Part shown: piece after piece, positions 55,867 to 64,000 of the stretch
How the letters are laid out: each line of letters starts with the position of its first letter
Numbering within the stretch: position 1 is the stretch's first letter
Assembly: GCA_002269645.1 (NCBI GenBank)
Contig: NIVC01001432.1
Span: forward strand, 25,714-89,713
DNA length: 64,000 nt
Direction: 5' to 3'
Origin: Macrostomum lignano
Taxonomy: Eukaryota
The notes under the pieces: model-generated
What the model was told of the DNA's origin: nothing
The model's database searches: none
What the model saw: only the letters and a program-made list of their open reading frames with translations
Program-made: the position numbers and the translations under genes

Positions 55867-57671
55867 CCAATATGAGTGAAAAATTGGCATTCTGTGAAGA
55901 GTTGCTTCGTCTTGAAGTCCAACTCCCTACTTGACGTGGTGCCCGCCAACCTGTCTTCAAGATCGTTGCGCCGTCAGCAACTCCAACCGGCTAGCCACAT
56001 CATCATCCGCGCCGAGTCACTCGGTGCTTCGTCGACTGCCTGCTGGCTGACGGCAGCAGCGGACCCTGCTCGAGTCCCGGCTTAACATCTGGATGCACTT
56101 TTCATCTGCCTCATTCCGAGGCGATGCATTTTCGTTCGTAGCAGCAGAAACACAGCTTGAAACAAGCAGTTGCTCATTTAGACAAAAAAACGCATTAGTC
56201 TGCTCAGGCAGAGGTAGACAAGCTGGCATGACAAGCTAAATAGCAGGTAAAACCTCATCGTGCGCGTCTCAACAATAAATTAACTTTGATTGTAACTCCC
56301 AGGCTGCAACTTTCTCTGTTCAACAAAAGCTTTTTACAGTCGCTGCAGCACAATGCAAAAGCATGCATGCAACCTCGCAGTGTTATTTTGAAACAGGCTA
56401 TTGTTACTAGGCTAATCAATATATAAGGCGACATTTTGATTGCTAATCCAAGGCACTTCGGTTTACCGCCCTGTTTTTTATTGTAGGCTGGATACAAAAA
56501 AATCTATAAATTGTATTTACTGTGCCTGTTAACTTAGAATTTTAATGCTTTAAGGCCATTGCATAGTGCAATATGTTTTCGGCGACATTGCATGTCCCAT
56601 AACCAGCGCGCACTTGAGCACATACAAGCGCTCACACAGGGTGTACAGCGGGCCCTGGCTCATGTCTGTGGATTGCACAACCCTCGGCCAGCCAATCCAG
56701 CCAAAGTGTACATGCCCCAAATTAATGTGGCCCCGCTATTTTTATCACCATCGTATTGAACGGGTGTAATTTTCAGGCGCCAAAGAAGCATTCTGTATTT
56801 GCATGTACTTTCAGCATTCTCTGACACAATAAATTTATACTTACCAATCGTTGACATTGCTTCGGGTTGGCTGTCAGGGACTGAAAAATCTAATTAATAC
56901 GAGTGGCCTCTGCAATTATAAATGTCTTTTTTCGCTAGGAAATGCTCTTTGCTATAGATGTACCACAAATAGCAATTATCACAATTGCTAATTGCATGTA
57001 TATACCAACAACAAGCAACCAACCGTAGGTCATCTAATTATTTTTTATAGTTTACATTTTCATTCAATCTGGATGCTGAAAATCCAGTTAATTAAGCTTC
57101 TTCAGATCACGATTTGATTTCATTTTTAATCCCCCGCTAAATATAGCAGGATAATAAATAATTTTAGTCATACTGAACCGCATGTATGAAAAAGATCGAG
57201 AGAGAGAGAGGGAGGGATCCGGGATCATCGAGAGGCAAATGGATGGAGTCATCGCGCTGGTGCTGTATCAATGCTTTTAAGTTCGCTTCTTAGACACGAT
57301 CTCTGGAGGAATGTGCGGCGCACGCATGACAATTCTCTAATCCCCATGCTTTGGCTGAATCTTTATATGGCTGCACTGACATTTCCAACATACAAGAATT
57401 ACTAAGCGTTAAAATGATTGCAGTTGCAAGGATTATGCTACACTTAAAAACTTTTAGCGTTACTAAACTCGATCCCGATGCATGTAACCTCACCTAGCTC
57501 TAATTGGGACTTCCGAATTCCAAATAAAGCAATGTATGCATTTCGTTCGAGGTGCGCTCACAATTTTATCGATAAAAGTTTGAAAAAAGTACACTTAGCA
57601 AAAAATGTCTTTGCAGGGCCGGATTGAGTTGCGACATAGACGAATTGACGAAGTACGACATTGAATAGATG

Positions 57672-58539
57672 CGAGGTGTGGCAGAAAAGTTCCAGGACTG
57701 GGCTCATAGAAATTTTATTAGCAAAAATCAATCAGAATCAAATATCTAGCTCCTTCAAAGTACTTTTGCAGTTTGGTCGTCGTGGCCCTTCTGATGGTAT
57801 CAACATCAGGAAATTGAGTACCTTTGAGAACTTGCTTGAGCTTGGGAAATAGGAAACGCACGGAGCTAGATCGGGTGAATGTGGAAGCTGATCTAGCACA
57901 GTGACATTCCTATTCGCGAGATACTCCCTGACACTTAGAGCATTGTGAGCTGGCGCATTGTCCTGATGAAGGAACCACGAGTTGCCGAGTTGGCTTCCCA
58001 CAAATCGCGTCTCTTGTCTCGCACTAAAAGGAAGCAGTTGCTGCAGGATCCCTTTGTACTCGTACACATGCTGATTGATGGTTTGGCCTTGGCGCAGAAA
58101 CTCCATGTGGACAACGCCTCTGACATCTGACGTTGAAGGTCTTCCACTCCTGGTGTCGTCCTCCGACCTCCTCCTGCCCCTCCTTGAATCGCTTGTGCCA
58201 CTCAAATCTCGGGAGCAAGACATAGCATTATCTCCATACACTTATTGTAGCAGTAGAAGTGCTTTCGATGGCGATTTTCCGAATTGGAGACCAGAAACTT
58301 TAGATTGGTTCGAATTGCTAGGGTGCTCATTGGCACGACGATTGTTAAAAAACTTACGGAACGTTAACTAATAGCACAGATTAGCACAAAAGTGGTAAAT
58401 CAGCTGAAATTTCAGGACAGAGCTGTTATATGCTGCTACAAGCTGCCAATAAGCTGCAAATTGATAGTGCAGCTTATTGCAGTGGTTCAGAAGCTGTGCT
58501 GCTGTAGGCACAGTCCTGGAACTTTTCTGACACACCTCG
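57672..58539 (-). mobile_element. Internally deleted mariner (Tc1/mariner) DNA transposon, 868 bp
   Basis: 29-bp TIRs with 1 mismatch; TA at 58540-41 and TG at the left; transposase remnants WFLHQDNAPAH and PHSPDLAP with frameshifts. Confidence 0.93.
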
Positions 58540-59756
58540 TACATATTTACATAGTACCAAAAACACGAGTTTGCCTAAACTTTCTTGATTGCCTCCGGCT
58601 GCCGCTGTCTCTGGTTAAAAATATGACAAAAAGGGACTAAAATACCTAAAATTACATCTAGTTAAAACTTTCTATCATGCATTTTACAACAAAAACTAGC
58701 CACTGGTAAAATTTGAGTGATTTGTGAGCACACCACCTAGTGGTCCTTGATCTTGATATAGTAGTCTTGACTCTTGAAAAAATAAGCAGATAATTGTTAT
58801 TTCGTCCTTACAAGTTACTTTTATACTAGTAATTGCACTTTTACATATTCTTATTAAATTTTTACAGACGCTATTAAATTACACTCGATTATTTTTGTTT
58901 TCTTTAAAAAATTAAAAATACATTTTTCCAAATGGACAAATTTATTAAATCCTGTTATGATACTTTAAAATACGTTTGTGTTAACATTTGTTATAATGTT
59001 TTAGTGGCTTGGTTCACTAGTTTAAGTTAATCGCTAAAAAAGAATTGATTTGGACAGACTTGTTAGGCTAGGCTGGAGCCAAAACATTTTTATTTCAGTA
59101 AATAGTAGTCGCAAAGTGATAGTTATACATCTTTTTTGCACGCTACTAGCGTGCTAAACCCACCCAACATCTTGACGGTTGCAGAGTCAGATTTAAAAAA
59201 CGAATTATTTAGACATTGTATTCTTTTTACTTCACCACGTGCTATATCAGCCTCCATCGAAAATGGGGTTCAACAAAATCTTTAATATAGCTAAAAATCC
59301 CATATTGAAGTACCTATCAAAGTAAGTGCTAAATTTGTGAATTGTTTTCTAAACACATAGGAGACTTGATAATACTATAGGCCTAGTAATGATTAAAACC
59401 TAGCAGGAAGTTATGTAGCTAAAATTAAAATATTTGTCTTTTATATTAAGTAATGATATTGCAGTGTTTTTCGCATCTCTTGTGCTTTTATTTATATACC
59501 ATCGATAGAACATGTTGAACAGTTCATAAACTTTGTTTAAATTATGACAAATTATTATTTTAATAACTATTTTTTGCTATATAATATGTTTTATAGTATA
59601 CAAGCTGTTGAAACCCGCGGATTTTGAACCCGGGGAATTCCAATCCCCGGAACTACTTTTGCATGTATTCTGAAATCTAAGGCCATACACAAACAAAAAA
59701 TTGTTAATAGTTAGTAGGATAGAGGTAGACATAAAATGGAGCACATTCGTGTAAAA

Positions 59757-60262
59757 TTAGGGTTTGAGACATTGTTGGCTGGGGTACTGCGCAGAATGTC
59801 AGGCAATGTCTGTCTGACTCTAAAACATATATTGCTAAACTCTGGTCTCTCCCTGACTCTCCCTACGTCCCTTGGATCCTTTAAAATTTCTATCGTCTCT
59901 TTGTTTCCTCTCATCTCTCTTGTCCCTCGTCTCTCCTCTCTCCTCTCTCCCCTCTTCTCTCGTATCTTCCCTCATCTCTCTTCTCTTTCATCTCTCTTAT
60001 CTCATCTCTTGTCTCTTCTTTTCTCTCTCCTCTCCTCTCTCCTCTCTCCCCCTCTCCTCTCTCCTCTCACCCCTCTTCTCTCTTATCTTCCTTCTCCTTT
60101 CTATTATTTTCTCTCTTCTCTTTTCTCTCTTCTCTTAACTCTCTACTCTACTCTCTCATCTCTCCCCTCTTCTCTCGTCTCTTCCCTCACCTCTTTTCTC
60201 TCTCATCTTTCCTTTCTCTTCTTTTATCTTTTCTCTCTTATCTCTTCTCATTTCTCTCTGCT

Positions 60263-60360
<98 letters not shown>

Positions 60361-61132
60361 TTATCTCTCCTCCTCTCTCTACTCTCTCCCCTCTCCATTC
60401 TCCTCTTTCCTCTCCTCTCTCCTCACTCACTTCTCTACCTTTGTCTCTCCTCTCTCCTCTCGTCTCTGTAACCTCTCCTCTGTTCTCTCTACTCTCCCAT
60501 CTTTTATCTGTTCACTCTCGTCTCTGCTCTCTCATCCCCCTCTTTAATCTCGCATCTCTGTCTTATATGTTCTCTCACCTCTCTCCTCTGTACTCTTTTC
60601 TTTCCCCTCTTTTGACTCCTCACTTTCCTTTCTCCTTTCTTCTTTTCTCTTCTCTTCCCTTTTCTATACTCTGTCTCCCTCTCTTCTCTCACTCCACTCT
60701 CCTCTCTCCGTTATCTCTCATCTCTCATCTCTCATTTCTCATGTCTCCTTCCACCTCTCTCATCTCTACAACCTTAGAGATGTAGAGATGTATCTTTATC
60801 TCTTCTCTCTTCCCTTTACTCTCTCATCTCTTCTTTCACCTGTTTCCTCTCTGCTCTCCTCTCTGCTGTCTCCTCTCTCCTCTCATCTGCAGCTCTCTGC
60901 TCTCTCATCTCTACTCTCTCCTCTCGCTTTTCCTCTCCCCCCTCTTCTCCTCCTCTCTCTCATCGTCCTCACCCCCTCATCTCTCCTATTATCTTTTATC
61001 TTTTCTTTTATCCCCTCTGTCGCCTCTCCTCTCTTCGAATCGTCTATTCCTTCTTCTTTCCACTTTCATCTGCCCCTCAGCTATGAGCTGGATTCTTTAT
61101 CTGGCCTTTGAGGTAAAAGTCTGCCCATCCCT
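59757..61132. mobile_element. hAT-Charlie (MER58-like) MITE inflated by a ~1.2-kb CT-rich tract
   Basis: Right end reverse complement cagggatgggcagacttttacctcaaaggccagata resembles Charlie-MITE termini; left end degenerate. Confidence 0.5.
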
Positions 61133-61689
61133 GCTTGGAAAGCCAGTTTGTGGGACGTAGTACTCTCATGGTTGTTCTCATGCTTTGATCACGTCATCTT
61201 TCTTGCCAATTTGCAGCCCTGAAAGGAATTTGTGTATCTTTAGCTCCACTGCAGTCTGCATCAGTCTAAAAACCAAGGAAATACGCATTTCTTAGGAGGC
61301 CATTTAAAATTTACACAGTACCTTTAAAAGAAACCTAAAATTTCCCTGGTGTGCCTAATTTAGTAGGGTTGTATTGCATTGCATCGCATCGCCTTTTCAT
61401 AAATCTTTAGCTTTTACAAACCATGCTGGATTCCCTCGATTTGCCAATTGCCATCCAGTGTTAAACTGCTGCAGAGTTTGCCAATACAGAGGGGAGGGCA
61501 GTGGTTAGAATTTCTCACTAAACTGTTATGGCTAAACGTAGCCTCTCCACTCTCGGGGTGCAGAGAAGGCTATAAATAAAGTTATTCCAAAACACTGTAC
61601 ATTTGCTATGTACATTCAGTCCTATCGCCTGACCCTTCGTCTGGCTCTGGGGGAATGAGTGGAGTGAGTGAGTGGCACAAACAACAGAA

Positions 61690-62330
61690 AAAGCAGACAA
61701 ACTTCACATGCTTACAGTTTCTTTTTCGGTTGAGTTACAGAGTTGAAACTTTACATTTAGACAGAGAATGAGTCAATGAAGAATTGTGTGAAGTTTGAAG
61801 TCAATCGCTTTACGTGGAGCAAACTTATGGCAGCTGAAAGTTAGTCAATTTTGAAACCCTTTTACACATCTGGGCCCAGATCGGGATCGGGAAAGAGAGG
61901 CAGGCGGGTGGAGGTTGGGGTGGTTGCTACGCTGAAAAAAACAGCCTAACTTTAAAAGTGCACAGCACCGCTCAGGATTAACTTTGAGACTCAAAATTTT
62001 ACATGATTGTGCCAAAATAGTTTAAGATTATCTGTGTCAAATTTAAAGAGAATCGGTAGAAGTGGAGCGGCGCTATGGAGGATTAAGTGAAAAAATCGCG
62101 CATTTTGAGCAGTTTTTTGTACTTTTAGGTAGGAAGACTTGAGTCTAGGAAATTTAAAGGTAGCCTAAGACATTCTCCGTAGTAAGTTTAGGGTGGGTGT
62201 AAAGTTTGGTGTAATTTGGTTGAGCGGTTTGGGAGTCCATAGCGATCAAAATTGTCCACACACACACACACAGAGTTTTGATTTTTATAGTTAGAGATTT
62301 TATTTGGAAAAATATATTATTTAGGTTATG
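61690..62330 (-). mobile_element. Helitron/Helentron-like non-autonomous relic(s)
   Basis: Minus strand from 62330 reads atctctaactataaaaatcaaaactctgtgtgtgtgtg...aaaccgctcaaccaaattacaccaaacttt, the style of invertebrate Helitron 5' ends; no 3' hairpin-CTAG identified. Confidence 0.4.
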
Positions 62331-62466
62331 TTTATAATTCATTAATTTATAGTTACACAAAGCATGTGGAAAACTCTATATATTTATTAGAGTTATAGAA
62401 TACATAATACTGATATCCAGTCTAGAAATCATAGTGCACCTTCTGAAGTTGATGTATTATATAAAG

Positions 62467-62830
62467 CAAGGATTGACAAATGCTGGCCGATGGACCAAAT
62501 GTGGTCACAAAACCTCTTGATCTTGCCCTCGGGTTTTTTAAAACTTCATAATAGCAATCCAGCATGCTTAAGGTTTGTGTCTCTTCTTAGCTCTCTTCTC
62601 TCTTCTCTTGTCTCCTATTCTCTCTCCTATTTTCTCTTCTCCTCTCCCTTCTTTCTTTCCCCTCCTATTTATCTGATAATCTCTTTTCATCTCCAGCTCT
62701 CTTCTCCTTTATTTCCTTGCATCTCCTTTCTACTATCTTTCTTCTCTCTTCTCTCCCCTCCTATGGCCTGCAGTCATGCGCTGGGCTCTCTATTTGGCCC
62801 TTGAGTTTAAAAAAAGTTTGCCAACCCATC
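62467..62830. mobile_element. hAT-Charlie (MER58-like) MITE with internal CT tract
   Basis: Left caaggattgacaaatgctggccgatggaccaaatgtgg; right-end reverse complement gggttggcaaactttttttaaactcaagggccaaatag, homologous to 61082-61132. Confidence 0.55.
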
Positions 62831-63404
62831 ATATAGAGCAAACATATCGCATGTCATGCTGTCAGGATTTCAGATTATTAAAGGAAAATGACTCAATAAA
62901 AACCGAGAGCAATATTTTCATTGAAATGCTATACTCAGATTTAAAACTAACATATATCTTAAAGTACAGATATTTCAACCATAAATAACTTGGGATTACA
63001 ACATGCCCCAAAGCCATCCATCGGCTCAGCTGATGAAATATGCATGAACGCGTCATTCTGAGAATCTAGAATAAAAATTTGAAACTCAATCTTTGAACTG
63101 CTCTGCTCAGTCTCCTTGGCTCAGCTTCACTTCTACATCGTTCTTTCAGCTCGCCACTAGATTTTTTCTTGGTTCTCCATCGTACTCTCTGATCTTGCAC
63201 TCGTACCACCCTGATTCGGGGGGGGGGGCGGTTCTTCAGCTAATTTAAATTCTACATTTCATTTTTTGGCTTTGGTTTCATGGGGGCCAAATTAGTTGTT
63301 GGGGAACTGTTAACATTGGGAGCAGGGAGGCGGGAGAGCAGCTTTGAATTGGTGCCATATATTTTGGGGAGTCGTGACCCCCCTCCCCCCTGGGGGCGCT
63401 TTCA

Positions 63405-63465
63405 TAAACCCGAAATTTCACAAACCCGAAATCTCACAAATCCGAAAATTCACAAACCCGAAATT
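63405..63465. repeat. 17-bp repeat aaacccgaaatttcaca (x4), probably a MITE subterminal repeat
   Basis: Direct observation. Confidence 0.7.
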
Positions 63466-63673
63466 TTTTTTATTTTTTTATTCAGCGTTAAAAAAACGAT
63501 GTACGCGTACAATTTTCGACTGCTGACTACTCATTGACAATTTTATTTAACATCGCCTCTTTAGATACCTCTGTCTAGATAAACCAAGAACTGTGTATAC
63601 AATTAAAAGTACAAAGATTTACAAGTACTAATTTATAGGCGGATTAATTCTACTACATTAATTCTTCTTTAAT

Positions 63674-63835
63674 AGGGTGTTGTAGCCTAGTGGTCAGAGC
63701 GTCGGACTTGCGACTAAAAGGTCGGGGGTTCGATTCTCAACCAACTCGGAAGAATTTGTGCCCTTGAGCAATAGCTGCGGCTGAGCTGTCGGTTGCACAT
63801 CTGGCCCAATTGAGACAGGTGTAATCAATTATTAT
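63674..63835 (+). mobile_element. Second copy of the CORE-SINE with an internal deletion
   Basis: Same tRNA head; jumps from ccttgagcaa to tagctgcggctgagctgtcggttgcacatctggcc, which matches the 3' part of the 55570-55866 copy. Confidence 0.82.
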
Positions 63836-64000
63836 TAGCTATTAAGCGATTCTCGATGCAAATTAATCAATTTTTTCGAGGCATAGTTATAAAGAACAAA
63901 GACACGAGTTAACGGAACCCAATCAACTCGAAAATTCGCCCGCACACGCAGATTCGCCAAAAACTTGTCACCCGAGCAGCTGAAGCTGAGCTTCATCAGA

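Noticed and set aside
55876-57493. Possible exons at 55876-56229 and 57290-57493
   Set aside because: No convincing splice pairs or homology; could not choose a frame or strand.
61082-61112. Duplicated micro-exon MSWILYLAFE / MRWALYLALE (62777)
   Set aside because: Better explained as the reverse complement of Charlie-type MITE termini.
63022-63062. Hammerhead-like ctgatga...gaacgcgtc (also ctgatgaagg at ~7150 and gaaacgcgtc at ~55051)
   Set aside because: Missing an A of GAAA or the partner half of the core, and no proper stem I or II; at best degenerate relics.

Overview
Eukaryotic (animal) genomic DNA with short GC-rich exons set in AT-rich, satellite-laden sequence. Gene content, codon style and a recalled spliced-leader match suggest a free-living flatworm such as Macrostomum (inference, not checked). 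Host genes: a 5-exon signal-peptide/CUB-like/TM gene on the minus strand (436-6553); a partial paralogue of its 5' end (27710-30351); two Ig-domain exons (8057-8672); a 2-exon 103-aa secreted peptide gene missing from the ORF track (23857-24673); a 2-exon DEG/ENaC channel (44831-46879); and a single-exon rhodopsin-class peptide-receptor-like GPCR (50527-51810). Mobile DNA: a 5'-truncated Mag-like Ty3/Gypsy element with a 161-bp LTR and an unusual RIDD reverse-transcriptase motif; a gag-only LTR-element derivative with three tandem tRNA-Leu PBS units, a long QYRQP repeat and a G GGA AAC slippery site; a Penelope-type minimal hammerhead ribozyme; a 1.28-kb insert whose 5' end resembles the flatworm spliced leader; a short-TIR 4.3-kb DNA element; hAT MITEs; a deleted mariner; two CORE-SINEs; Helitron-like relics. 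More than 20 unrelated tandem arrays are present, including an E2F-site array and an inverted (foldback) pair. Most long ORFs in the supplied track are repeat artefacts. Isolated 1-bp frameshifts may be long-read errors.
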